Of a DNA stretch of 64,000 nucleotides, positions 24,301 through 41,625 are shown one piece after another. The stretch is from assembly GCF_009914755.1 (NCBI RefSeq), contig NC_060930.1. One strand, written 5' to 3'. The position numbers and the translations under genes were made by a program. This DNA is from the human T2T-CHM13v2.0 reference genome, Homo sapiens. The stretch's first letter is position 1. The number at the start of each line of letters is the position of its first letter. The notes beneath the pieces are model-generated. The model worked only from the letters and a program-made list of their open reading frames with translations. It had not been told where the DNA came from and did no database searches.

Positions 24301-24693
24301 TGTATGGTTAATGCAAAGCACAGTCGTTTGCTATCAAGAACCTGTCACATAAGCCAAGATTGTGGGGAAAATCCAAGAAGGAGTTAGCATGGATCTTTTC
24401 CATAACTAGAAGCTGTATGTAGGTGGAAGTCCAGCTAGTCATTTGGTTCATATGTTAAGAGCAGAGCTAGGTGAGAGTGTATGAGTGGACTGATCTGTGG
24501 AAACCCATCAGCATTTCTAGAAGAACCTCAGGGGCATACAGATGGGCACATTTATTCATTCACAATTTTAAGGAGGACACAAGTAACACGTTTTTTTTTC
24601 TAATTCTAAATGAAATACATATTTAATATGGAAGTGTTAAAAAAGTCATAAAGAACAAAAATTATTTATAATTCAGTAACCCATGTATTATCA

Positions 24694-26922
<2,229 letters not shown>

Positions 26923-27569
26923 ACATTCTTTACCATCACAAACTATTGCATTTTCTAAGAGAATATTTTTGAAAATCACCTGTTTTCTTCATCCTTTAGA
27001 AGTTTTGTGGGTTCGAGGTTTGCTATTATTGTGGTTATTTTCTCCCCTCTCAAAGGAACAGGATTTTAGATAGTCATATCTCTTGCCAAGGCTCCTTTCA
27101 ACTGTGGGTAAGGGAGCTATTTTAAGTTGTCAGTTTCTAGCCAGTATGTTTTTAGGTACAGGATTATAGTTTTTGAAGGAAGAAAGAGGGAACAGAAATA
27201 AAACAGGTTTAGGAAGACTGTCTTCTTAGAAACATAGCTGTCAGTTATCTAACACTGTGTTGAAGAATTTAGGGTGAAAATAGAGAGAATGTGGTGGCGC
27301 ACACCACCAAAATCGTGGACTGGAACAGCTCAGAGATCAGGTACTGAGCCCCTCTCAGCTCCACCAGCAACACCCACAGGATCTCCCCTTAAGTATTTAC
27401 GGGCATGTGAATTCCTGATGCTGGCAATCATCCAGTGCATTTGGGTCATAAACATGAATTCTGGCATCATCTAATCTTAGAGAAGTTGGAAGAAACTGTA
27501 AAGTTCAATCATCCTAACCTACCTAATCCCTTCTACCTTGTCTGACAAATGATCCTTTAGCTTTTTTCT

Positions 27570-27970
27570 CCTCAAATATATTAACCATTACTATCCATAT
27601 TTGTTGCCAAATATTTAGACAATATTTTAGTATATGTTATTAAGAAAAAATGTTCCTACAATCTCTTGTCTAGATTAGACTTTGGTATGTAACTATCTAT
27701 TTAAAGACACATATAAAATTACAAGGTTTGCTCTATAACTCATTTATATCTACTTTATATCACAGACCTCTTTCTCTGTCAATAAATAAGTATTCATATA
27801 TAGTCACAGTAAAGCCTGTATAGTCTGTCAATAGACCTACTATAACTTATTCAACCAATATTTTATTGTTGAATAAATATGCTATTTCATATTTTATGAT
27901 ATTTTAAACATTGAAATTATGATCATATGTCTTTGCAAACTTTTCCAGTTGTTTCTTTGAAAAAATTCCT
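27570..27970 (-). mobile_element. Old L1M(E) fragment
   Basis: AT-rich L1M 3'-like phrases (TTATTCAACCAAT...TTGTTGAATAAA). Confidence 0.45.
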
Positions 27971-28239
27971 AAAAGCTCAGCTTCTTCTTGAATTTTTCTA
28001 GTGATGGGAAATTGTATACATCCCCAGGCAAACTTTTTCATCATTGGACAGTTCCAGTTGAAATAAAAGCTGCTCCTGGTTCTTACAGAATAAGTCTAAT
28101 TCCTCTTTTGGCTACAGCTATTTTTTTTAATGCTGTGTACATTTTATAGTCCTCTACTATTCAGATTTGGAAAACTAGGATGAAATAAATATTTACTAAA
28201 CACCCAGAAGGTGATGGGGACAATTTTTTGTTTTGAGGA

Positions 28240-28759
28240 TTTTTTTGTTTGTTTTTGTTTGTTTCCAGCTTTATTGAAGTATAAATGACAAATAAAAATG
28301 TATATACTTAAGGTCATACAATGTATATGCACATAGTGAAATGATTACATCAAGCTAATTAACATATCCATTACCTCACAGTTACCTTTTTTTGTACCTG
28401 TGGTGAGAACGCTTAAGATATATTCTCTTAGTAAGCTTCAAGTATGGATTACTATTAACTATAGTCACCATACCATACATTAGATCTCTAGATGTACATT
28501 CATCCTGCATAACTGAAACTTTGTACCCTTTGACTGAGTTCCCCCCATTCCACCCACACACCTGTCCCTGACGATCACCTTTCTACTCTCCACTTATATG
28601 AGTTCAACTTTTTCAGATTCCACATGTAAGTGATATCATGTAGTATTTCTTTTGCTGCCTGGCTTATTTCACTTAGCATAATGTCCTCTAGGTTAATCCA
28701 TGTTACCACAAATGACAGGATTTTCTTCTTTTTTAAGGCTGAATAGTATTCCGGTGTGT

Positions 28760-28817
<58 letters not shown>

Positions 28818-29135
28818 CATGTATAGAACACATTTTCTTCATCTATTTATCTATTGCTGGACAATTAGGTTGATTTTATATCTTGGCTATTGTGAATAAT
28901 GCTGCAGTGAATACAGGAGTGCAGATATCTATTTGAGGTGCCATTTCCTTTGCAAATATACCCCAAAGTGGGACTGCTGGATCAGATAGTAGTTCTATTT
29001 TTAAATTTTGAGTAACTTCAGTTCAGTTTTTCATAATGGCTATACGAATTTACATTGCAATTTACATTCCCACAGAGTGTGAAAGGGTCCCCTTTGTCAA
29101 CATTTGCTATCTTTTGTCTTTTTTATAATAATTTT
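28240..29135 (-). mobile_element. L1MA-type 3' end
   Basis: CCTGGCTTATTTCACTTAGCATAATGTCCTCTAGGTT; TTGGCTATTGTGAATAATGCTGCAGTGAA. T-rich tail at ~28240. Confidence 0.88.
28761..28814. repeat. (GT)27 microsatellite
   Basis: Perfect dinucleotide run. Confidence 0.97.
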
Positions 29136-29389
29136 AGGTTACCACTCTTTATGTACTTGATAACAGCTAAAAATTACTATTACTCAGAAATTATGTTTTC
29201 CATATTTCTTATCTCCTGTTGATCCTTCTGTGAACATGCCCTGGTAGTTTCATCTGACTTAGACATTTTAAAGTGAAATGTAGAGTTACATAAGTATTGC
29301 ATATTTTCATATGTTTCTAATGTCACATAATTTCACCTGATATCTAAAATGATCCAAAAGATCATCTTCTATTTTTAGGTTTGGATGGA

Positions 29390-29850
29390 TGTGACAGAGA
29401 TTGTTAATTTTTTTCACTATCCATTCTCTCTTATCCCTTAGTAACAGAAAGGAGAATTATGAACAGATAGAATACTATATTTACCAACCTATTTTGCAGC
29501 TAAGTGTGGGAATATGCTTATGTTCTGGCCATTGGAATGTAATTGGAAGTGTTCTGTGGAACTTCCAGCTTGATGGAAATTGATTTAACTGGCATGAACA
29601 TCCCTTTTGTTCTTTTCGTTTTTTATTTCCAATACGTGACGGCTGGTACCTCAGTAGCCCTCTTGGACTATGAGGTAATCTTGCAGTTGGAAATTAATCC
29701 CTAGGATGGCATAACAAAACGGTAAGAGAAGCCAAGTGATTAATAACCATAGCCTTCCATATCAGGCATAGTTGACTGCTTCCAGACTTCTTTCAGTTTT
29801 GAGAGAAATAAATTCCTGTTTCATTTAAGCCGTTGTTATTTCTGGCTTCT
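29390..29850 (+). mobile_element. Ancient ERVL/MaLR solo LTR (LTR33/MLT1-type)
   Basis: TTCTGGCCATTGGAATGTAA...TGAGAGAAATAAATT...TTTAAGCCGTTGTTATTT. Confidence 0.6.
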
Positions 29851-31599
29851 TTCAATAGTTTTTCTCATTTATCAGTTACTAATTGTTTGATGTAATTTCT
29901 ATCAGAGGGGGAATATCCATTAGTGCTACTAGGGAATAATTATTAATTATTCTAGCTCTACCAGGCTCTTGCCTCAAAGGATGACAAATTCAGAGTAGAT
30001 AAAAAGAATGACCTCATCAAAAAAGAAAGTCATGTAAAGTACATATACTCAAAGCATATACAATCATATTGGAGAGAAATTTCTTGATTTATGTAATAAT
30101 CCTAATAACCTTGTATTCAACTAATACTTCGGTATATACTAAGCACTCATAAAGTTTACCATATATTTGATAGTTTACATTTGATAATGATTGTGACTAC
30201 ATTTTTGGTAACTTAAATTCCTCTCACTCCTTTTTAAAAGTAACAGAAGTAGGATGGTTTGGCTATGACAAAGACAAAGGTTGAAGTGAATATGACAGAG
30301 ATAAGCTGGGAGAAGAAAGGATCTGATATTTAGGACCTCACTGGTCTTGTATGAATGTATGCCTATTTCTTAGAAGGCAATGAGAATGAGAAATACAAGG
30401 GAAAAGAAAGATTCAGATGAGGAAGAAAGAGGAGAAAATAAAAGAGATGAAGAGAAACTTTCTACCTATCCCCTGACTCCAAAGGCTATGCAGCTACGAA
30501 ACCTTTGTTCTCCTTTGTCTTAGTTCCCTCCTTTTTGCTTCTTCCTTGGCCCACAATAAGACACAGTTGTGGGAAAAAAAATCTAAGGGGCAATGATTGA
30601 AAGTCTTCAACAATCAGAAGAAGACTCAGGATGAAAGGGAATGGAAGAGCAGCCACAATCTTCTCATGGTCAGAGAGAACTCGCAGAGTTCGCCATTTGC
30701 AGCAATTGTTATATATATATCTCCCTGGTATGATTTCCATTTTAAATTCCTTTTCCTATTATGCAAAAAATTGAATGATATTAACATAAATAGTCAATTT
30801 AAATGTAAGATAACAATGATGAACATAATTCAAACAGCAATGTCATAAAGCTATTTTAAATTAACTTTGTAAAAATAGGTTTAAATTTTATTCAATGTAT
30901 ACTTTAATAGGGTTCTAAATTCCTTCAGAAAACAACTATGGAAGTTTTGAATTTGAGGGTAAGCTCGAATCACTACTAAAGAGCTGTCAAGAGAGCAATT
31001 ATAAATGAATTTTAATGGCATTAATGGTAGTCATTTCCAGCTGGAAAACTTGTGGGAAGAGAAATGTTCATCTTTTTCTCTAAAAGTCAAGAAAGACAGC
31101 ATTTTACCCCAACACCATGGGATATGGTGTTGGGGTAAGGTTCTGTCTTTGGTACAATTACTACTTCTGTTATATGAAAAAGCAAAGGAAGAATGATAAG
31201 GGGGAGCAAAACCAAAGGAAATTATTTCCTTGGAAAACTGATAAGAAGGTATTCACAGAAATTATCCCAACTAGAGTACCCATTTAGCAAACACAAAATC
31301 AACAATGATACTATACACCCGATGTAGCCCAAGAAGATTTTATATGCCTCAAGAAGGATTTCAACTGTGAACTAGAAATCAAGGTAAATTGGATGACAGC
31401 TTTCATTCAGGGCATAGTAACTGGAGTTTATCCAAGAAATTTGCTAGTAAGAATTATTTGCTTCACAATTAAATGTGTACTAGGTTTACTTATTTTAAAT
31501 ATGTGGAGATAACATTTTTGTGATTATTTAAAATGTTTAGGATGAAGAAGGAAGCAAAAAAAACCTTTGTTCTCACTGTTAAAGAAACAATAATAACAA

Positions 31600-33145
31600 A
31601 ATCAGGGAAAATTAAAAATTATACTTGTCAATGGGGCTAGCAAAGAACAGAGGATGCAACGAAGCCTGATTAACTCAGTTCCAGGGAAACAAATACTTCA
31701 TAAGTGAGAAAAATCTCCAGGGGCAGCTGTCTGATCTGTAGGGAATCAATGGAAAATTTGCCATAGATGAAGAGACTGCAGGGACAAAGACAGTCTGGGC
31801 TGGCATAATGGATTAGAATCTGGAATACACCCAAAGGCACACTGCTTGAAAATCCTTCTCTCTCCATCCTTAACCCTAGCCTGAATCCAATAAACAAGAT
31901 ACTAGAAATTAGAAAGAAATCACAGAGTCTTCTTTGCATGTGGATTCTTGAGCCCTGAAGATATGAATCCAAAAATCAATCAATAATATCTGAAACTGTA
32001 GCCCAACGTTCTCCCCACTTAAATACTGACAAGATCAAAAACAAAGTGCTAGCACAGGATTTTGGGGGTTGGGCTAACTACAGGTGATCTTAATCTAATC
32101 AACGCTGCAGCCTGACACAGGCTCCACTCTGCTCTCGGAGAAATCCAAATGAACTGGCCTTAGCCTAACCACCGAGAAGAAGGGGTTTGAATATTCTGGG
32201 GAATCAGTGAAATGAAACATAAAGTTTTTCCTCAGTCTCCACTGTGTAATACATAGTGTTCAGAGCACAGTACAAAATGATGAGACTTGAGTAAGTAGAA
32301 AGACATGAATCATATTAAAATAAAACACAGTTGATAGATATTGAAATTAGCAGAAAACTTTAAAATAACTATTATAAATATACTAAGGAATACACAGGAA
32401 AACATGGATATAATGCACAAAGATAGATATCTCAGAAAAAACAAAAACTATTTTTAAAAATCAAAGGGAAATTCTACAACTAAATAATGCAATATTTGAA
32501 ACTTTTAAAATGTAATAATTTTTAAAAAATTGGATAGGCTTAATAGCAGTGTGGACATTGCAAAAGAAAAGATTCATGACCTTGATGATAGGTTAGTAGA
32601 GATGATTCATATCGAGTCAGAAAGAGAAAAATGATTTAAAGAAAAATAAACAGTGTAGCAGTCACTTACCGGGTATCAAATGTACTAATACACATGTACT
32701 TGGAGTCCCAGATTTATTGGCATACAAACCGTTCAAAAATAAAAATTAATTGGTGCATGGGAATGCCGTGTGCGTGTGTGTAGGTGTATTTTAAGGAGGG
32801 AAGTAAATTTGCTATAAATCTATAATTTAAAAAAATGAAAAGAAGGAAAGAAATGAAGATGAAATGAAGAATTTTTAGATAAATAAAAGGCAAGAGAATT
32901 CTGCAGCAGTAGATCCACACTATAAGAAATGTTTCAGGGAGAAAGGCAATGATATTTGATGGAAATACAGATCTACACAAAAGAAGAAAGAGGGCTAGAA
33001 ATAGTAAATATGTGAACACATACAACAGATTATTCTTCCCTTTTCTCAATTCTTTTAAAAAACAATGTATTGTTACAAGCAAAGACAATAATTAAATTTA
33101 TGGGGTTTATAACTTATGTAGAAGTCAAATGTATGTCAACAATAG
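31600..33145 (+). mobile_element. Old L1M 5'/ORF1-region remnant
   Basis: A-rich ORF1-like phrases (GGATAGGCTTAATAGCAG...GAAAAGATTCATGACCTTGA...; TTGGAGTCCCAGA). Confidence 0.65.
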
Positions 33146-33787
33146 CGTGATGGTTAATTTTATATGTCAACTTGTCTGGGCTAAAGGATGCCTAGATGGC
33201 TGGTAAAGAATTATTTTTGGGTGTGTCTGTGAGGGTGTCTCTGGAAGAGATGAGCATTTGAATCGGTAGACTGAAGAAAGAAGATGCCCTAACCAATACA
33301 GCTGGGCATGTCTGAGAAGAACAAAAAGGAGGAAAGAAAAATTTGCTCCTCCTGTTTGAGCTGGGACATCTATCTTCTCCTGCCCTTGCACTCCTGATTC
33401 TCCAGCCATTAAACTCAGACCACTACTTACATCATCAGCCTCCGTCCACCCCATTCTCAGGTCTCTGGACTCCAACTGAATGACACAACTGGCTTTTCTG
33501 GTTCTCCAGCTTCCAGATGGCAGATGATGGGACTTCTTGGCCTTCATTATCAAGTGAGCCAATTCCCATAATAAATATATAACTATATAATGATAGATAG
33601 GTAGATAGATGATAGATAGATTTTTAAAAAATATATCCTATTAGATAGATGATAGATTTTTAAAAAATATATCCTATTAGATAGATAATAGATTTTTAAA
33701 AAATATATCCTATTAGATAGGTGATAGAGAAATAGATTTTTAAAGATATATCCTATTAGTTCTATTTCTCTAGAGAACCCTAATACA
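33146..33787 (+). mobile_element. MLT2 (B-D type) ERVL solo LTR
   Basis: GTGATGGTTAATTTTATATGTCAACTTG...TCTCTAGAGAACCCTAATACA. Confidence 0.85.
33611..33759. repeat. 36-bp minisatellite x~4 inside the MLT2 LTR
   Basis: ATATATCCTATTAG at 33631, 33667, 33703 and 33746 (periods 36, 36, 43). Confidence 0.9.
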
Positions 33788-34149
33788 AGCAGAAAAAAAA
33801 GAAAGAAGCAAATATACTCAGTAAGACTAAAGGCCTGAATAACAGTATCTGAACTGGCTCCAAGGACTGGCATGATTAGTGATAGAACAGTGAGTTTTAA
33901 GGACTGCAACTATCATGTTAGGTCAGAGCTGCATTATCTTAACAGGTTAGAACACAAATATTTGATGCATCTTGACATATTTGCTAACTGTCCCACCTCT
34001 CAGATAGTAGAATACACAATAAAGGAAATTATGACCCTGAAATTAATCATTATACCAATAAGGTAACACTTGTTCGTGAATTGAAAGTGACAGAAACCTT
34101 GGAATACAATGACATTCGTGATAATAACAGACATGGAAACACTGGATGG

Positions 34150-34460
34150 TCAGCACCATCGAGGCCATGGAAATGTGGGCTTCCGACCAGCAGCAACGGC
34201 CTCATCTGAGAACTGTTAGAAATGCAAAATCTAGAGCCTCAACACAGGTATATGGAATTAGAATCTGCACTTTAACAAAATCCCAGGTAATTCCTATTCA
34301 AATTAAAGTTTGAGAAGCACTGTTCTAGAACGCTTTTTAAAATTCAGATTCCTGGGTTCCCCAAAAGAACTGTTGAATCACTCACTGTTGGTGAAGACGA
34401 TACTTAAAATAGGAATATTTGGTAAGCTTCCAGGTTCTTCTCTATGCATTAACATTTGAC
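34150..34460. mobile_element. MER5A/MER5B hAT elements
   Basis: GTTAGAAATGCAAAATC...AGAATCTGCACTTTAACAA...AAGTTTGAGAAGCACTG, followed by a second MER5-like piece. Confidence 0.75.
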
Positions 34461-36477
34461 TATCAGTCATAATAGTAGAATTTTCCCAGGTGAATTCATT
34501 AGAACATAGTCCTTCAAGATGCTCCTTGAATAAAAAAGAGTTACAAATTAAAATATATGTCAGAAGCCCTACTATAGCACCCTTTGGAAATTGCATGCTC
34601 TGAGAAGTCTTTCAGAAAAAAAGTGCCTGCAATTATTTGAATCAATGTTTCTTAGATGTAGACAATCATGGAATCTTTTTTCTTTCCTTTTTTGCTCACC
34701 CCTACAACAACAGAAACTCATGAAAGTTTCCACTGAACTTTGTTTTCATATAGGCCTCACTCTGGGAAATGTGACCTGAGGTTTGAATATGCCTGGCTTC
34801 TGAAAGCTTAGAGAAAAGTCAGGAAGGAGCCCCATGACTTGAGACTCCAAAAGGCAAGTTGAATCAGAACTCAGAACCCAAAATATATATAATTGGATGA
34901 GTATCACAGCAGATTGTGGCAATGCACAGGAAGGAGGGGAGACAGGACTTCTCCTAGATGCTTGAACTCTGAAAGATGAATCAAAGGGCATTGGAATAAG
35001 GATATAATTTTAAAGATAATGTTATCACAATGGGTACTAAAGAGGCCGAGGCTTGCAAAAATGGTTAAGGACAACTGTTGTGTAGTGATTAATCTGGAGT
35101 CGTAGAGAAAGGGAGGAAGCATGTGCTCTCATATTGGCTCTGCCACTAGCCAGGTGTGGGGCCTCCCATGGACCTTATCCAATGAGGGCTGAACCTCTAA
35201 ACAAGAAATCTGAGGTCACATATCACTCAGCTCTTCCTGTTCTTGATTCTCAGTGCTACTTCAAATCATACTCAAACCCATCACACTTTTTCCCTCCTTA
35301 CAGAACTTTTGTAGGAATCAACACCAAAGGGGCTAGATCCTTATCATGTCTGGAAGTTTGTAGCCCCATCTACAATCATAAATCGAAACAAAGATTTAGG
35401 TAGATTGATTATGTGTCTTCTCACTCTACATACCTCCATGAGATAATTTCTTTTGTAGCTGATTCTCTTCTTTCCCCCTGCAAAAGGAAGATGGATTAAA
35501 GTTACATTACAGAAAAAGGATACTTTACAACAGTTCATAAAGTTGAAAATCTGCAGAACTAGAACTTTTGGAACATGTTTAAAAGCCTGCAATGCTATTT
35601 CTAAAATTGGAAAATAGTTACATTAGCCTCAGTTCTTGCATTTGAGATTTTGTAATGCAGCGGATAACCAAACTGTTTATTTCATTAATTTTGTGGGAAC
35701 ACCAGCACCATAGTCATGAAGTAACAACAAATAAAAATGGAAAGAGTGAGACCTAGTAGAAGTTCTGCTGTGAGATCATATGCTACGACACAGTCAATAT
35801 ATAAATTCAGCATATGTTTTTTCAACTACCCTAAACAGGCCCTGATTCCACATATTTTACACAGGCAAAAAACCTACATTTTGATAGCACTTAATAAATA
35901 TGTACTCTTGTTGTCAAACAATCTCCATAATTATATGAAACACAAGTCACAAAATAATATGATTTTATTGCCATGCTAACTAATGAATGAAATTACACAA
36001 AAAATAATATGCTACATATTTTGATGGGGGATTCAAAACAGAACTCAGACTATTAGAACTGCAAGAAAACCATTAAAAGTTAATTGAGCAGGATTTGCAA
36101 AGTGATGGCCAGTAGTCACATACTAGCCACCCATACCTTTATTTGGCTATTATTTGTTTGAGATGAACAGTGTTGTTGAAAAGGCAGTGCAACTAGTAAA
36201 TGCTACAGTTGGATTGTTATAAAGAGCTTGGCCCCCGTTGTCCTACACCCAGCCTTATTCAATATTTACATACTTGACCAAACTTTTCAAGCATTTGACT
36301 TTGCAACTCTCCTCTCTAGCCAAAATTTTCTAAAGTAGAAGGGACATTAGAAATTATCTAATTCAATGAACTCACAGATGTTGGTGGACCTACGAGAGTT
36401 GTGAACTTCTTACAATGATAAGCCAAGACAGAGTTTTTTCTTCAAAAGTAACTAGTATCTACATCACCGTGATATCA

Positions 36478-36906
<429 letters not shown>

Positions 36907-38289
36907 TCAAATTTGCCACTGACCAATGAAAACTTCCTCATAGACTGCCATTGGCCCTCAGACTGGTGTCTGGAAGCCACTGACCTGGCGTTCATTTTGG
37001 AAATGAGGATATGGTTTTGTGATGTTCCCAAAGTCATGGGGCTGAGAAGAGCCAAAGACAGATTCATCGTCTTGCTTTCCAGTGCCAAGACCAAGGTTCT
37101 TTTACTTCATCAGAGCCAGAAGGCACTAGGTCATAAGGCTTTTCTGGAGCCAGATAGAGCCCAGTAAAATTCTGGCTCTGCTGTACAATCTTGCTCAAGT
37201 TAATAAACTTCTCCAAATTCCTAGCCCAGTGCTTTCTGCACTGGAGAACGTCACTTATTTGAGTTCTTTGTCTCTGTCTTCTCATTCTTCTAGCATATAA
37301 GTCACTGCATTTGACACACAATGTCCCAGTTAACTCTACAGGAAGTGTAATATCAAAGTTGGTCAGATGTTGACTGGTGACACTTACATTTCCCTTTGTA
37401 GCCCTCACAAAGCCAGGCCTGCTTGCTCTCTCCCCAAGGAACATCCCAGAAAAGAGCTGTGGGCTTGCAGTACAGAAAACAACCTGGTAGCCAAAAAATT
37501 AATTGGAAAACAAATTAAGTCTTTACTGTCATCTCCTGGAAATGCCAAAAAAGGATTCATAAACCACAGCAAATCTTTTCAAAATCCTCTTTCCCTATCC
37601 ACACCCATGCCCCCACAGTTGCATGCATATCCTTCTTGCCAGAGCTGATCCTAATGCTCTTCCCTCTTCTGAGCTCTCCAAAACCTACCGTCCAATTCAG
37701 CCAGAACAATCTTTCCAGCTTATATTTTTCTTTTTGCTCCCTTTTTCTGGCTTTCTTTCTCTCTCTTCAATGAGTAACTCTCCATCTGCAATATAAATCC
37801 CATTAACCTGCTTTCTTCTTTAATTTCCTACTCATTCCTTGCTCTGATTTGCATTATTAGGCCAAGATTTGTGCTCCTTAGGAGCTGGTATGGAGGGGAG
37901 GTAGATAATCATGATTTAACCACTGATGTCCTTGCCATGTATTTATTGATCATGTATTTATGCTATAAAAATACTTTTTATCCTCAAATATCTTTACAAT
38001 TCATACTGGAAAATATATATGAAATAATATTATTTTCATTTTATAGAGTAAAGAACCAAATAAAGAAGGGGAATAATTGATAGCTTGAGGTCATATAAGT
38101 CATTTGAACAAAACATATGGAAACAGTTTCTTTATCTTTGTTCAGAGACTAGTCTTTGAAAAAAATTTCAATGGTAAATATTTGTCAACAGAAATACTTA
38201 TTGAGAGCTTACTACACTGAAGGCACCATTCTAGATGCTAGGAAAATTGGGATGAGTAAGACAGAGAGGATCCCTATGTTCGTGAAGAC

Positions 38290-38810
38290 TGTGATGGTTA
38301 ATACTGAGTGTCAACTTGATTGGATTGAAGGATGCAAAGTATTGTTCCTGGGTGTGTCTGTAAGGGTGTTGCCAAAGGAGATTTGAATCATTTGAATCAG
38401 TGGACTGGGAGAGGCATACCCACCCTCAATCTGGGTGGGCACAATCTAATCAGCTGCCAGTGCTGCTAGAATAAAAGCAGGCAGAAGAACATGGAAGGAC
38501 TAGACTAGCTGACTCTTCCAGCCTACATCTTTCTCCTGTGCCAGATGCTTCCTGCCCTCACACATCGGACTCCAAGTTCTTCAGCTTTTGGCCTCTTGGA
38601 CTTTCAACCATAGACTGAAGGCCGCCCTGTCGTCTTCCCTACTTTTGAGGTTTTGGAACTCGGACTGGCTTCATTGCTCCTCAGCTTGCAGATGGCTTAC
38701 TGTGGGACTTCACCTTGTGATCATGTGAGGCAGTACTCCTTAATAAACTCCCCTTTACATATACATCTATCCTATTAGTTCTGTCCTTCTAGAGAACCCT
38801 GACTAATACA
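38290..38810 (+). mobile_element. MLT2A (MLT2A2-sized) HERV-L solo LTR
   Basis: TGTGATGGTTAATACTGAGTGTCAACTTGATTGGATTGAAGG...GACTAATACA, 521 bp. Perfect TSD AAGAC. Confidence 0.92.
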
Positions 38811-39608
38811 AAGACCTTTATTATAGTTGTGGTGGGTAGGAGGGAGGAAGATGTTCTAGCAGAGGGATGGAAAATGAATGAATACATTTTCAGATGAGAG
38901 GTGCTATAAAGAAAATGGAACAGAGTGATGTGATGGCCAGTAGTAGGAGTGGGTGGGCTGGTGGCTACTTAAATCTGTATGGACAGAAAGGCCTCCCTAA
39001 AGAGAGAGATGAAGGTTTGGGGTCAGATCATTACTGACAAGAGCAACAAGTGTGAACATTCCTAAGACCTGGGAAAAGAGGACATGTTGAAGGGGGAGTG
39101 AGCTTAGTGCATTTGTAGAACAGAAAGAAATCAGGTGGAGACATGGAGTGAGGTGGGCAGTGAACACAGTAGAAAAGGTAGCCAAAGCACACTTCATGTT
39201 GAGACTTACAGGCCAGGGCAAAAAGTTGGAATGTATTCCAAGTTTAATAGGAAGCAACTGGAGGACTTTAAGCATGGGAGAAATATGATGATTGTGTTTT
39301 GTAAAGATCATTCCGATTGCTATATTGAAAAAGGATTTTAGGAAGGCTGCTTAGGAGGGTATTGCTATGAGCTAAACAAAATACATAGATTGCTTGGACA
39401 AAAGTGATAGCAGTGGAGATAGGGAGAAATGCATAGATTTAGGACATATTTTTAGGTAGAGCAGATAAAACTTGCCAAGAAACTGCAGGTGGAAGCAACA
39501 AAAAGTAAAAGATAAGTGATGATGCCTAGGTGTTTGCATCTAGCAACTGGTGAATGGAAAGTTGGCCATTTCTTGAGATAGGAAAGACTGATTCAAAATA
39601 TGGAGAAG

Positions 39609-39949
<341 letters not shown>

Positions 39950-40811
39950 TCACCTGTATTAAGGTCAAGATGCCTTGACAGGCAGGTAGAGATGTTCAGA
40001 ATGGCATCTGTGAGTCTGTTGTGGTTAAGGGTTAGCATGTTGCTTTCTTTGCCCAGAATACCTTCCTCCCTTTCTTTAGCAATTTCCTACTCATCCTTCA
40101 AGCGTCAGTTCATACGCACCTCTCTGGACAGTTAGCTTCTCTCTCCTTGCACGTCTCTTTTATCACTGATCATGGGAAAAGTGGATGGTTTCAAGAGCCA
40201 TTTAGAAAGGTAAAGATCAATAGGCTGTAGTAATTGTTTGATATTAGGGTGTGAGGGTGAGCAGGTGTCAAGTGACTCCCTGAATTCTGTCTTGTCTAAT
40301 AGTGTGAAGAGTGGTGCCATTCACTAAGCTATAGAATGCTAGAGGAGAATGACATTTAGGAGGATGAAAGAAGAACCACAAGTACCATCCATATTTACAA
40401 CATTGAATTTAAGGTATTTATGAGACAACCATGTGGAGATATGGAATAGGCAGCTGGATATTGGGGTCTGTCCCAGAGAGAGGTCACTGCTAAAGGCATA
40501 TTCAGAGACATTAATTACATAGTAAAAGGAGCAAGGGCAGGAGTGAGACCTTGTAAGAGACAATTGGTGTAAGGAGAATAGAGCTTAGGACCAAGTATTG
40601 AGGAGCTCAGACATGTAAAGTCCAGCAAAAAAAAAAAGATAGGTCTGAAAAGATAATTCATGAAAGAGCATCCGGGAAGATAGGAAAAGAACTAGGGAAA
40701 TGTATACGGAAACCAAGGAGAGACAGCTTTTTGAAAGAGAGATTAGTCAACAGTGTCAGTACTGCAGAGAAGTATCTAGTAATCATTCAAACCTATTAGT
40801 CTACCAGCATG

Positions 40812-41039
40812 TAGGGTGTGCTGGAGACACGCTGCACTACTACAGAGCCAGTCTTATGCATCTTTTCCCAACCCCACGTTCTGTGATATCATGTTCACAG
40901 TTTGAATGGGCGATGGTGGGGTGGGGTGGGAGCAGTATTGACACCATGGAAATCAGCAAATACCACAACTCAGGGCTTGCTGTTTCCCACCTCTCTACCC
41001 CAGAAAGCTAGTTATTAAACATTTATGAACATACCATTA
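40812..41039. mobile_element. MER63-like hAT DNA transposon
   Basis: GGTGTGCTGGAG...ACACCATGGAAATCAGCAAA...GTTATTAAACATTTA. Confidence 0.7.
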
Positions 41040-41044
41040 AGACT

Positions 41045-41200
41045 GCACTTAAGAATCACTGGAGAACTTTTAAATATACCAGTGCCTAGGCTCCATTCCT
41101 AGACACTTTTTATTTACTTGTTCAAAGGTGGGCCCTGGGTAGTGGTATTTTTAAAATGCTTCCTGGGTATTCAGTTATGTAGCTAGGATCAAGGACCATT
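41045..41200. mobile_element. MER5-like fragment
   Basis: AGAATCACTGGAGAACTTTTAAA...GGTGGGCCCTGGG...ATTTTTAAAATGCT. Confidence 0.55.
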
Positions 41201-41249
41201 AATTCATAAGGAAAATAAGAACCATGTGATGTGTTTGGTACTCACAGAA

Positions 41250-41625
41250 TGTCATATCAACTTCTAGGGAGCAATAAAATAATTTACTTGATAGGAAATA
41301 GTCCAGGATGCCAGCTAAGCAGGACTGGAGTTTACACAGATCTGAGCGGGCATAATGTTAAACCATAGTTAGAAGAGAAACAGGAAGCAACTACTATAGG
41401 TCTATGCAAGCATGGTTCAGAATCTTTTCAACAGTCTTCTTGCCACAGAATAAAGCCTGAAAAAGAGGCCAACTCACTGAGGAGAGTAAAGCCTAGCTGA
41501 GTGACAAACAGAGATCCGCCTATAAACACTGTCCAGATGTCCCCAAAAGCCAGCCCTACCCCTGGGCTTTACACAAGCCAATAAACTCCCCTCACACTTT
41601 GAGACCTTCTGTTACTTGCATGAAA
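41250..41625 (+). mobile_element. Old MLT1 LTR remnant
   Basis: GCCAATAAACTCCC...TTCTGTTACTTGCA end motif. Confidence 0.45.

Noticed and set aside
28575-28820. His-Thr repeat ORF
   Set aside because: It is a translation of the (GT)n microsatellite within L1MA.
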